Origin: Octopus vulgaris
Taxonomy: Eukaryota
Reading direction: 5' to 3'
Length of the DNA: 64,000 bases
NCBI GenBank assembly: GCA_951406725.2
Contig: OX597818.1
Location: 93,124,001-93,188,000 of the forward strand
This document shows positions 52,388-64,000 of this stretch, one piece after another (the stretch's first letter is position 1; each line of letters begins with the position of its first letter). The translations under genes and the position numbers were made by a program. Under the pieces are notes generated by a model, which searched no databases, was not told the origin of the DNA, and was given only the letters and a program-made list of their open reading frames with translations.

Positions 52388-52477
52388 TGCAGTACAATTG
52401 TTTCATGATGTAACTCTATTTAATTGAACAATGCAATCATTACATCAATTTAAAATGTAGAGCAATCTTCAGCTGCA
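52388..52477 (-). ncRNA. Type I hammerhead ribozyme, same family as 19014-19096
   Basis: TGCAG-CTGAAGA-long stem II-GAAA-CAATTG-TA-CTGCA. Confidence 0.7.
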
Positions 52478-52508
52478 CAAAGACACAGAATTTAATTAAA
52501 TATATATA

Positions 52509-52879
52509 TCATCATCATCATCATCATCATCATTTAGCATCTGCTTTCCATGCTAGCATGGGTTGGACGGATCAACTGGGGTCTGGGAAGCCAGAAGGCT
52601 GCACCAGGCCCAGTCTGATCTGGCAATGTTTCTACGGCTGGATGCCCTTCCTAACGCCAACCACTCCGTGAGTGTAGTGGGTGCTTTTTACGTGCCACCG
52701 GCACAGGTACCAGATGGGGCTGGCAAACGGCCATGGTCGGATGGTGCTTTTTACGTGCCACCGGCACGGAGGTCAGGCAAGGTTGGCAACGGCCATGATT
52801 GGATGGTGCTTTTTTGGCAACGGCCACATTCGGATGGTTCGCTTACATGCCACTGGTACTGGTATCACAGCTACAATTT

Positions 52880-52881
<2 letters not shown>
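52509..52881 (-). mobile_element. RTE-clade LINE 3' end
   Basis: Matches 30918-31450. Confidence 0.85.
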
Positions 52882-52945
<64 letters not shown>

Positions 52946-53488
52946 CACACCAGCATTGGTTGTCAAGTGATGTTGGGTGGGGACAAACACAGACACACAT
53001 ACATACATATATATATATATATTTATATATATATATATATATATATAATGGCTCAAGCAAACAAAACAATACAGGGCAGACGTATGAAAGTAAACAAATA
53101 TAATTTGAAATGATTGATGAAGATAATATAAATAAAACTTTTCGACCAAATATGAGAATGATGGATTAATGCCTGGAAGAAATCTTCAAATGGATATAAA
53201 AACAGAATTGATAATAGAGGAGAAGAAGTTGACCAGTACACTAGGCGTCTGGTAGTGTAAAGGCAGAAAATAGAAAATCATGTGTGGACAGCAGATAGAA
53301 GGGAAGGAGGATGAGAGAGAGGGAGAGAGAGAGAGTGTGGTAGAGAGAAAGTGAGAGAGAGAGAGAACAGAAGGTCTACAATGAGGTGTGAGAAGAGGAG
53401 AGTGAGGGAGAGAGAAAGTAAGGAGGCTAAAAAAGGAATATTAGGACAAGAGAGAAAGAATGAAAGAGTCACAAATATATATATATAT

Positions 53489-53886
53489 TAGGTGCAGGAG
53501 TGGCTCTGTGGTAAGTAGCTTGCTTACCAACCACATGGTTCCGGGTTCAGTCCCACTGCATGGCACCTTGGGCAAGTGTCTTCTACTATAGCCTCGGACC
53601 AACCAAAGCCTTGTGAGTGGATTTGGTAGATGGAAACTGAAAGAAGCCCATCGTATATATGTATATATATACATATGTGTGTGTGTATATTTTTGTGTGT
53701 CTGTGTTTGTCCCCCCGACATTGCTTGACAACCGATGCTGGTGTGCTTACGTCCCCGTAACTTAGTGGTTCGGCAAAAGAGACCAGTACTAGGCTTACAA
53801 AGAATAAGTCCTGGGGTCGATTTGCTCGACTAAAAGGCAGTGCTCCAGCATGGCCACAGCCATATGACTGAAACAAGTAAAAGAGT
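53489..53886 (+). mobile_element. SINE family A, full length
   Basis: Head GGTGCAGGAGTGGCT through tail AAGTAAAAGAG. Confidence 0.9.
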
Positions 53887-54090
53887 ATACATACATATAT
53901 ATATATATGTATATATATAACTCCAAGAGAGTTAGAGGTTGTGAATCCAACCAACAAAGGGATAATATCTATCCAATATACTGCTGGTAGAATACCCAAT
54001 TATTAATACACAAGTGTTTTTTATTGCATTGAAATTACATTACTTAGTGTACTAAATGGGTGAAGGTAAAGAGATATTTTACCATTGATT

Positions 54091-54355
54091 TATATAGCAA
54101 TAAGAAAATGGAGGGGATCAATAGGTGGTTCATCAACTTTTAGACATTATTCATGTATGTTATTTTGTAATAATTACTGGTATCCTTATATATTAATATA
54201 TTTTATATTTTATATATAAAGCATAATATGTTATACATGTATGTATATTCTTGTAATTGTCAGTTTAGTAAATAAATAAATAAGTTGACATGATATAATG
54301 TTTAAAAGTTGATGAACCACCTATTGAACCCCCTCCATTTTCTTATTGCTATATA
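54091..54355. repeat. Repeat with 60-bp inverted ends
   Basis: 54091-54150 is the reverse complement of 54296-54355; the same family occurs at 2061-2250. Confidence 0.7.
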
Positions 54356-54373
54356 TATATATATATATATATA

Positions 54374-54700
54374 ATGGAAATTGTAGTTGCGATACCTGTG
54401 CTGGTAGCACATTAAAAGTACCATCCATACGTGGCCAATGCCAGCGCCACCTTGACTGGCTTCCGTGTCTGTGGCACGTAAAAAGCACCAACCGATCATG
54501 GCACCTGTGCCGGTGGCTTCGTAAAAATCACCCACTACACTCACGGAGTGGTTGGCATTAGGAAGGGCATCCAGCTGTAGAAACACTGCCAGATCAGACT
54601 GGAGCCTGGTGCGGCCTTCTGGCTTCCCAGAACCCGGTCAAACCATCTAACCTATGCTAGCATGGAAAACGGATGTTAAACGATGATGATGATGATGATG

Positions 54701-54702
<2 letters not shown>
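54374..54702 (+). mobile_element. RTE-clade LINE 3' end
   Basis: UTR repeats and (GAT)n tail. Confidence 0.85.
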
Positions 54703-54732
<30 letters not shown>

Positions 54733-54828
54733 ACATGTGTCACAAACTAAAGAAGGTCTGGAACTTCAAATTGCCCAGGCAAATCAAAATCAAGCTGTTC
54801 ATTGCAACTGTTGAATCAGTCCAATTAA

Positions 54829-55050
54829 CCCTTTTGATACCAACCCAGCCAAAACTGCCTCTGGCTCTGTAGTACAAATGCCTTGCTTTCATTAGTATTG
54901 AATTAAAATCTTCCACCAAACCTTAGTCACAATTTATGTTCTCAACACTAGCTTAATGATAACTAAGTTCTTTTACTAAATTCTTTGTTATATTTAAAAT
55001 TAATTGAATGAAACACAGAGCATCTCAAAATAAATACGGTAACGAAAGGG
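54829..55050. mobile_element. piggyBac-type MITE
   Basis: TTAA|CCCTTTTGATACC...GGTAACGAAAGGG|TTAA. Confidence 0.85.
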
Positions 55051-55107
55051 TTAAACATCAACACTGACATGGACACCGACAGTGAAACATGAACAATGAA
55101 ATTATCA

Positions 55108-55400
55108 AACAGGTTAAATGGATGCTACACAAGGATGCTACGATGGTACTAAATATGAAATGGCAGCAACATATGGCAAATGAATGCCTTTATGGAGACT
55201 TGCCAAAAGTTAGTGAGAAGATCAGGCAAAGATGGCGATAACTATCTGGTCACTGCGTGTGCCACCCTGGACTGGAAGCATCCAAATTAGTCTTGTGGAA
55301 CCCACTTCATGGTGATGTAAGAAGAGGAAAACATCATCACACTTTCATTGGCAACTTGATTGCAGACACTGACCTGAAATGTATCCAGGACCTAGATGGA
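55108..55400 (+). mobile_element. Second RTE-like LINE family, C-terminal fragment
   Basis: LNGCYTRML...WQQHMANECLYGDLPKVSEKIRQR...GHC...LVLWNPLHGDVRRGK. Confidence 0.7.
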
Positions 55401-55462
55401 CTGAGAAGTGTAGCAGGTGGACTTTGTTGCTGGTTACAATTACAAAATGATGTATATATCCC

Positions 55463-55822
55463 CATGTCATATAATGTTATGGATTGGGTCTGCCCCTCTG
55501 GCAAAACTCAGACATGTCATGTAATGTTATGGATTGCCTCTGCCCCTCTGGCGAATCTACGACATCTCATGTAATGTTATGGATTCGGCCTGTCCCTCTG
55601 GTGAATCCCTCACATGTCATGTAATGTTATGGATTAGGTCTGCCCCTCTGGCGAATGCCTGACATGTCATGTAATATTATGGATTAGGTCTGCCCCTCTG
55701 GCGAATCTCCGACATGCTATGCAATGTTATGGGTTGGGTCTGCCCTCTGGCTAATCTGACATGTCATGTAATGTTATAGGTTGGCCCTGCCCCTCTGGCG
55801 AATCCTACATGTCATGTAATGT
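55463..55822. repeat. 50-bp minisatellite, 7 units plus a partial unit
   Basis: Consensus CATGTCATGTAATGTTATGGATT-N4-CTGCCCCTCTGGCGAAT-N4-GA at 55463, 55513, 55563, 55613, 55663, 55713, 55760 and 55808. Confidence 0.92.
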
Positions 55823-56392
55823 GTTTAGAGTGATCACTAGTGATGGTAACGTTATGCCACCATTAATCTTCCCACATGGTCTCACACTCAACATGCAGCC
55901 CTACATCAAGTGCCTGGAGGAGGTAGTGCTACATTGGATCAAGAGGGTGGCTGCTGGACCCTATGTCTTGAAACAGGACTCTGCAACATGTCACACAAAC
56001 AGGAGAACCCAGTCATGGCTGTCAGACAATTTCTGCAACCACATCACCTCTAACAACTGGCCACCTAACTCCCCAGACTGAAACCCCCTTGATTATTATG
56101 AGTTGAGCGAGAGACCAACAGAACTCCTTGTAACACCAATGATGAAGTGAAGGCAAGGATTATGGCAGTATTCACCAACTTAAACAAGGAGACCATCCAG
56201 AAGAGTTGCAGGAGGTTCCGAAGTTGTATGAAGGCGATGGTTGAAGCCAATGGCGATTTTATTGAATAAATTTACTCTTTAGTATTTCAAGATACTTTTA
56301 TGTAATTTTGGTAAATATATCTGTTAAAATGCGATGTCAGTGTTATTTTCAGTTTTGTGTAAATTTGACAACAGTATATTCACCGCACCCTG
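55821..56392 (+). mobile_element. maT/DD37D-like transposon 3' half
   Basis: VITSDGNVMPPLIFP...KQDSATCHT...WPPNSPD; ends CACCGCACCCTG|TA. Confidence 0.8.
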
Positions 56393-56686
56393 TATATACA
56401 GATACACACACATACACACACACATATACACATACACACACACACATATACACATACACATATATACACACACACATATATAGTCCTGTGTGTATATGTA
56501 TTTGTGAATGATTTGATGTGTTCAGTAAATTTCTGTATATCTGTGAGTTCTTTAAGGTTTATTTTTAAAATTTATCACTATAATGAAAGAACCAGTTTCC
56601 AAGAAACAAGGCTCTTTCATTGGAATTTAGACATCAGTTAAGTAACCGTGTAGATTTAGATGTAAATATGTATATAAACATGTATG

Positions 56687-56720
<34 letters not shown>

Positions 56721-56726
56721 TGTATG

Positions 56727-56760
<34 letters not shown>

Positions 56761-57327
56761 TGTATATATGCATGCATGTATGTATGTGCGTTTATTCATG
56801 CATGCATGTATTTATTTATATATGTATGTTTATATTTATGAATGTATTCATGAATATATGTATGTATGTATATGTATGTGTGCATGAATGTATGTGCGTT
56901 TATTCATGCATGTATTAATTCATGTATATTTATATTTATGAATGTATTTATGAACGCGTTTGTGTGTGTGTGTATGTATTTGTGTGTGTGTGTGTGTGTA
57001 TGTATTTGTGTGTGTGTATGTGTGTGTGTATTTCTGGCTTTATTTTTCAAATTTCTTAGTGATAGAGAACAACCAGTTTCTAGTCCAGAGACAAGACTCT
57101 TTCATTGGAATTTAGACATCAGTAAAGTAGTTATGTATGTATGAATGTATGTTTGTATGTATACATGTATGAGCATATATCTATATCTGTGCATGTATGT
57201 ACATGCACCATCTTTATATATTAGAATTCTTCCTCAAAGGAAGAAACTTGTTTCCAACAAAGAAATAAACTTGCATTACTGGAATTTAGATAACAGCAAC
57301 AATAATTTTTACCTTTTAAGTTAATAT

Positions 57328-57517
57328 CTCTTTTACTTGTTTCAGTCATTTGACTGTGGCCATGCTGGAGCACCAATCGACCCCAGGACTTATTCTTTGT
57401 AAGCCTAGTACTTATTCTATCAATCTCTTTTGCCGAACCGCTAAGTTACGGGGACGTAAACACACCAGCATTGGTTGTCAAGTGATGTTGGGTGGGGACA
57501 AACACAGACACACATAC

Positions 57518-57550
<33 letters not shown>

Positions 57551-57607
57551 CATACATATATATGACGGGCTTCTTTCAATTTCTGACAAACACAGACACA
57601 CAAACAT

Positions 57608-57640
<33 letters not shown>

Positions 57641-57812
57641 CATATATACGACGAGCTTCTTTCAGTTTCTGTCTTTCAAATCCACTCACAAGGCTTTGGT
57701 CGGCCCGAGGCTATAGTAGAAGACACTTGCCTAAGGTGCCATGCAGTGGGACTGAACTCGAAACCATGTGATTTGTAAGCAAACTACTTACCACACAGCC
57801 ACTTCTACGCCT
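57328..57812 (-). mobile_element. SINE family A with internal duplication
   Basis: The segment GACAAACACAGACAC...CTTCTTTCA occurs twice. Confidence 0.85.
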
Positions 57813-57984
57813 ATATTACACCTATATCTACAAATTTTTTATGGCGTTAAGAGCTAGTACTGAAAGTTACAATGTTTCATATATGAATATGTCTATGTAA
57901 ATGATGAGATCAAAGACAGAAAAAGGTAATGGGTGTATATGTATATTTCAAGGGTTATTGCTCTTTCATTTGCACCACTTCCAG

Positions 57985-58728
57985 CCCGGCAATTCATTGT
58001 GGACAGCTGATGGGCTGGATGTGGTGCTGATAAAAGAGCAATATCTCTCGAAATATGTATATACACCTTTTACTTATTTTTCCTATCTTCCGTCACACTG
58101 TTTACATAAAGGTATTTGTATACAAAACATCATAACTTTTAATGCTGGCTCTGAACTTTGTAAAAAATCTATAGAGATAAACTTAAAAATGAAAACAATG
58201 CACTGCTAACACTAAAAGTAAGATGCAATAATGATTTGTAAATCTCTAATATACTTGCTAACATATTATGGCTTCAAAACGAAGTACTGTGTCCTTGCTA
58301 GCAAATAAATATTTATACACCAGTTTCCAGGAATGTGTTAAATGTGTAAATTGGTTTATCCACATTTATTTTGCCTGCTAAACTTAGGTATTCAAGCAAT
58401 TTGTTCATGAATTGTTGATGGGTTGGATTGGTGTTGATGAAAGAGCTATAACTCTCGAAATATGCATATACACCTATTACCTAGTTTTTCTATCTTCAGT
58501 CCTATTGTTTACATAGGCACATTTTTATACTAACCATCATAATAACTTTCAGTGTTGGCTCTGAACTCTATTGAAAATTTATAGAGCTAAACTTAAAAAT
58601 GAAAACAATGCACTCTAATACAAAAATAAGACATAATGTCAACCTGTAAACCTCTAATATACTAGATAGTATATTATGGTTACACAATGAAAATTTGTCT
58701 CCTTGTTAGCAATTAATAGTTTTTATAT
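57985..58728 (+). repeat. Tandem 407-bp repeat, each unit with a type I hammerhead motif (58023-58067, 58430-58474)
   Basis: GGTG-yTGATrA-AAGAG...CTCTC-GAAA-TATGyATA-TA-CACC in both units; the downstream ~280 bp also align. Confidence 0.75.
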
Positions 58729-59860
58729 AGCAAACTTTAGGGAAGCCTTGCATATCTTTACTGTTCTACTTAGAGACTGCATCTATAAAGCATGTATTTG
58801 TCAGGCTCTTTCTTTGCTCCCAAAATCCTAGCCTTTCAAGATTGTCACTTAGACATTTACTAACGTAACCAAGTGCACTAATAGTTATTAGTATAAATAT
58901 GAATTTATAATCAGAGTAGAATTTCAGGGTTTAAGCAATTATCCACAAATATTCACCTTTTCTCTAATTTTGGATCAGACATTTACCCCTGCACTGAAGC
59001 TAACCTCTATGAGTACATGATTTTTCTTTTCTCACCCACATAAGTATGTCGGGACTGTTACATTCACATTTGATAGAAGTTTTAATGGGCATATTCCACT
59101 AATATATTTGTGTTGATATGTATATATTTAACGGAAGAGATGTTGCTTAAATTTATCCCAGGGCAGTCTTTTCTACAGGTGGTATCATACATTGTTTTAG
59201 CAACAATATCATATTGCATATATGATGCAATATATATTGCATCATATAACTTGATGACATTTTTGGGTGGCTGTTGATTACATGTTATATCTTCCACAGC
59301 AGTGTGACATAATCAACATTTGTGATTGCATCCTAGGAGCTTAATGGCTTTGCCATCCCATTTGTTCATGAGATATTTTGTAGCAATCTCCTGTGCGGTA
59401 GTGACCATGAGTCCAGGAGATGGTACACTTCATGTTGATATTGTCATCTGCTTCAAGTTTACAGAACACATAACTATGCATTACCTTTTTAAGATATGAC
59501 CTTTGATGCCAAGATTTTGAGTTTAAGAAACAGATACTTCCCCATGTTTAATTGTTAGATATGAAGATTTCTTTTGGTCAAACACCATTCTATATCAACA
59601 GAAAATACTGAAATTTTCAGCATTGTAAATATTTTGTACATAGATTTTTAGATCATCCACAAAGAAATTATGAGTAATATTAGTGTCTCTTGATGTAGAT
59701 CCTAGGACATAGTCACACAGCCAGTGGATTTTCATTAAAGAAATGACAATAAATCTAATGCCAAATAAACAGAAATACAGACAGACCATTGCCTTGGAAT
59801 ATTAGTGAAATATTAATAACATCTGAGACCGTTGTTCCACTCTTGAGCAAGTTAAGCAAT
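58724..59860 (-). mobile_element. REL-endonuclease non-LTR retrotransposon (R4/Dong-like), deleted and degenerate
   Basis: RT motifs IFQGNGLS and FFVDDLKIY; QEIATKYL...KC*LC..VEDI zinc knuckle; PDI...IEVS...K..EK and ALGYV endonuclease motifs. Confidence 0.7.
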
Positions 59861-59867
59861 CATGGTG

Positions 59868-61095
59868 TGAGTGATAGTGGTGGTGGTGGTGGGAAGATAG
59901 TAGTGGTGGTGATTGTAGTGATAGTGACAGTGGCAGTGGTGATGGGGTTGGTTGTTATTGTTATTGTTAGTGGTGGCTATGGTGGTAGTGTTGATGTCGA
60001 TGCTGATAGAGCCAGGTGGTGATGGTGATGGTGATGATGGCAATATTGTTTGTTGTTGTTGTTGGTGGTGGTATTGTTACTGTTAGTGGTGGTGGTGTGA
60101 TGATGGTGTTTGTGGTGATGATGGTGTTGACCATGATGGTGGTGGTGGTGGTGGTGGTGGTGATGATGGTAGTGTTGTTTGCGATTGTTGATATTGTTGA
60201 TTATACTGGTTGTGCTGTTGGTGCTGTTGGTGTTTTTGTTATTGTTGCTGCTATTGTTGTTGCTGCTGTTGCTGTTGTTGTTGCTGTTGCTGTTGCTGTT
60301 GTTGTTGCTGTTGTTGTTGTTGGTGGTGGTGGTGGTGATGGTGGTGGTGGTGGTTTGAATGTCTGTGACATCTCTGCAACACACCAACAAAACCAGAACT
60401 AAACAATACCAAGAACAAATGATGACTTAATCTTTTTAACAAACCAGCAAAGTCAAACCTAAATATTTTATAATCATTGACATTGCATTGTCTCCAAGTA
60501 TAGGATTGCCATTACCACTACTACTACTACTACTACCACCACCACCACCACCACCACCACCACCACCACCACTACTACCATCACCCCTGCTACTATTACT
60601 ACTACCACCACCACCATCACCACTACCACCACTACTACTACCACCACCACCACCACCACCATCACCACCACCACCACCACCACTACTACCATCACCCCTG
60701 CTACTATTACTACTACCACCACCACCATCACCACTACCACCACTACCACTACCACCACCACTACTACCACCACCACTACTACCATCACAACCACAACCAC
60801 CACCACTACTACTACTACTATCCCCACCACCACCACCACCATCATTACTACTACCACCATTATCACCACTGCTACTACTACTACTACTACCACTACCACC
60901 ACCACCGCTATTACCATCACCTCTGCTACTGTTATTACTACCACCACCACCACCATCACCATCACTACTACCACCACCTCTACTACTACAACCACTACCA
61001 CTACTACCACCACCTTTACTACTACAACCACTACAACCATCACTACCATCATTACTACTACCACTATCATCACCAATGCTACTACTACTACTAGT
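59868..61095. repeat. Compound trinucleotide low-complexity tracts (GGT/GTT/GAT, then ACC/ACT)
   Basis: Direct inspection of the sequence. Confidence 0.9.
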
Positions 61096-61532
61096 ATTGC
61101 TTCAGCTGCTTCTATTATACTTCTACTACTATATCTATGCCGTAGACTATCTTTTGGTCTCATTCCACCGGCAATCGTATGTGTGTGAATGTGTATGCAA
61201 TTGGGTATATCTGGGTATGAGTAAAAACAAGGGTGTGTATGTTTGTGTGTATGTGTGTATGAGCATGAGTGTGTCTGTGTTATCTACCTCTGTGTGTTTA
61301 TGTATGTTTGTATGAGTGAGTGAAACAGTGAGCGTGTATGTGAGTCTGTGTGTATGCATAGGTTTGCATGGACATGTGTCTTGTCTGAGCATGTGTCTGT
61401 CTGGGTGTGCATATTATTCCCCTGCCTCTGTATGTGTGTTTATTTATAATGAGTAAAGCGGGCGAAACAGTGTGTATATGTGTGTCTGTGCATGTATGTG
61501 TGTGCCAGTGTGTGCAAGTCTGTGAGTTCAAA

Positions 61533-61603
61533 AAAGAAAGAAAGAAAGAACGAAAGAGAAAGAGAGAAAACAAGAAAGAAAGAGAGAGAGAAATAAAGAA
61601 AGG

Positions 61604-61635
<32 letters not shown>

Positions 61636-61873
61636 AAGAAAGAAAGGGAGAAAGAGAGAACGAAAGAGAGGTGGAGGGGAGAGAGAAAGAGATAAAGAAA
61701 GAGAGGGGGAGAGAGAGAAAGAAAGAAAGAGAGAAAGAGAGAAAGAAAGAGAAAAAGAGATAAAGAAAGAGAAGGGGAAGGGAAAGAGAGAAAGAAATAA
61801 AGAGAGACGGAGAGGAGAGAGAAAGAGATTAAAAAAGAGGGGCAGGAGGAGAAAGAAAGAGAGGGGGAGAGAG

Positions 61874-61908
<35 letters not shown>

Positions 61909-61943
61909 AAATAGAAAAATGAGAGAGAGAGAGAGAGAGAGAG
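61533..61943. repeat. Polypurine (GA/GAAA)n tract
   Basis: About 410 bp that is almost entirely A/G. Confidence 0.9.
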
Positions 61944-62361
61944 ATGTATTTTCATTTTTCAGGAAACATCAAAATACTTAATGTTTTACATAACAAAACT
62001 TCACCCAAAAGCACAAGAAGTCAAGCAATGACCGTTGGTCAACCAAGATGTTATATTAACCTAGTTAATATGTATCTTCGCAAAATAAATTTGTTTAACG
62101 GCTAATAAAACCATCTGTAGAATAAGATTGTGTACAATTCTATAGGATTAAGAGGCTGTACACGGTAACACTTGGCTTCCCGTGGTAACAGTTGACTGAT
62201 TTACTTTTGACATTATGCACTAAGAACAAAAGCTGAATGTAAATTGTAAATTGTATACACTTGAGAATAGAAGCATTAAGACCATTTCTCAACAGAATAG
62301 ATGTTGTTGTTTGCTCGAGTCAACAAGCTTTAAATATATATATTTATATAAGATATATCCC

Positions 62362-62840
62362 CATCATTATCATTGAAGTTGTCATCATCATCGTTGTCAT
62401 AACTTTGTCATCATCATCGTCGTCGTCGTCGTCATCGCAGTTGCCATCATCATTGAAATTGTCACTGTCATCACAATTAATATCATCATCATTATCATCA
62501 TCCACATTGTCATCATCATCGTCATCGTCATCATCATTGAAATTGTCACTGTCATCACAATTATCATCATCATCATTATCATCATCATCATTGTCATCAT
62601 CATCATCATCATCATCATCATTGTCATCGTCGTTGTCGTCATCATCATTAGCATCACTAGTGTTGTCATCATCATCATTACCATCTTCATTATCATTATC
62701 GTTGTGATGATTGTCATCATCATCATCATCATCACCATCTTCATTATCATTATCATCAACATCGTCATTGCCATCATCATTATCATCATCCTTGTCATCA
62801 TCAGCTCATCATTGCCATCATCCTCATCATCACGATCATC
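62362..62840. repeat. (CAT)n-type low-complexity tract with an 84-bp higher-order duplication
   Basis: TCATCATTGAAATTGTCACTGTCATCACAATTA occurs twice. Confidence 0.85.
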
Positions 62841-63231
62841 ATTTTACATCTGTTTTCCATGCTTACACAGATTGAACAGTTCCACTGGATCCAATGGATT
62901 AGAGGAACCCCTTTTGCTCCAGAGTCTCAATTTTGACATGGTTTCCATGCCAACCACTTTACAGAATGCACAGCAGGATTTCCTTTTTGCTTCTGTTATT
63001 GCATCAGCACTAGTCGGATCACCTTGAAACTCACAATGCTAAAGAGCTTCCACAACTGAGGAGATTAGCAGAGAGAGGGAGGTGAGTTTAGGCAAGGTGA
63101 TGAGAAGTAAAAGACTGGTACTCTGTCAGTTGCAATGATGAGGGTTCCTGTTGATCCAAGCAGTGGATCAGCCTGCTTGTGAAATTAATGTGCTAGTGGA
63201 TGAGTACTCCATAGATACACATAACATTAAC

Positions 63232-63440
63232 AACATCATCAGCATCAACATCGTTTAATGTCCGCTTTCCATGCTAGCATGGGTTGGACGATTTGACTGA
63301 AGGTTGGCGAACCAGATTGCTGCACCAGGCTCCAGTCTTGATCTGGCAGAGTTTCAACAGCTGGATGCCCTTCCTAACGCCAACCACTCCGAGAGTGTAG
63401 TGGGTGCTTTTACGTGCCAGTCAGGTGGTACTGGCGGTAC
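63232..63440 (-). mobile_element. RTE-clade LINE 3' end
   Basis: GTCCGCTTTCCATGCTAGCATGGGTTGGAC...GTGCCAGTCAGG. Confidence 0.8.
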
Positions 63441-64000
63441 TGTGTCACTCTTTTTAGAGTGACACAGGATGGGAAATGGCTGGCCCTTTGAATTACAGGT
63501 ACTGCTCATTTGTACAAACAAAGTGGATTGTAGCAATGTGAAATAAAGTGCTTTGCTCAAGGACACAATGAGCCATCAAGAATTGAACTCACAACCATAC
63601 AAATCGACAGCCAAATACACTAACCACTAAGCCACGCACCTTCACAGTGATCAGAAGTATGATGAGAGAAACAGGTTAGTAGATGTGGCAGGATATATTA
63701 GTGAAATGACTGACAGAAATAGTGCTGGGGAAAGGATTAATGGAAAGGCAAGCAAAAGAGTGGTGTCAGGGGTTAGTGAGTTTGGCAGTGGTAAAAGAAG
63801 AAAAGGGTGGATTGAGTAGGAAGAAGTTCACAGTCACCCCATATTATATATGGATAGGGTGATGTTATATATATGGTTAGTGTGATGTTATATATATGGA
63901 TGGGGTGGATAGGGTGATGCCAGAAAAAGCAATAAAGATGATGATGATGAGAATTCAGAGTGTAGTACTCTTATAGTAGTATGTCCAAGAAAGAGAAGAA

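Noticed and set aside
55463-55822. CRISPR-like array
   Set aside because: Units are contiguous with only 4-5 variable bases. There are no unique spacers or cas genes, and the context is eukaryotic.
61961-62062. Exon candidate after TTTTCATTTTTCAG
   Set aside because: The only long open frame is phase 1 and does not fit the phase-0 end at 42315. The donor is weak and no motif was recognised.

Overview
AT-rich, microsatellite-dense eukaryotic genomic DNA. The SINE, RTE, mariner and Penelope repertoire points to an octopus or other cephalopod; this is inferred from pattern recognition, not a database search. Most of the window is transposon-derived: three tRNA-headed SINE families, RTE-clade LINE 3' ends, Penelope-like (GIY-YIG) fragments, two REL-endonuclease (R4/Dong-like) LINE fragments, a full-length dead mariner, mariner/maT fragments, hAT/piggyBac/Tc-type MITEs, a fold-back MITE, two non-autonomous Helitrons and a probable solo LTR. 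Almost all listed ORFs are microsatellite artefacts. CpG content appears to drop at about 15.9 kb, which fits the start of a methylated plus-strand gene body. A few small candidate exons are visible (15761, 16740, 40599, 41765, 41861, 42275), and one way of joining them gives a kinesin-like N-terminal motif. The main finding is about a dozen type I hammerhead ribozyme (HHR) or HHR-like motifs from several repeat families. They include a tandem pair that would release a 702-nt monomer (retrozyme-like), a 407-bp tandem HHR repeat attached antisense to the 3' end of a REL-type LINE, an intact Penelope pLTR HHR, and non-canonical core variants (U.U at 10.1/11.1, G3.U8, A6U). Coordinates were counted by hand, so element edges may be off by a few bases.
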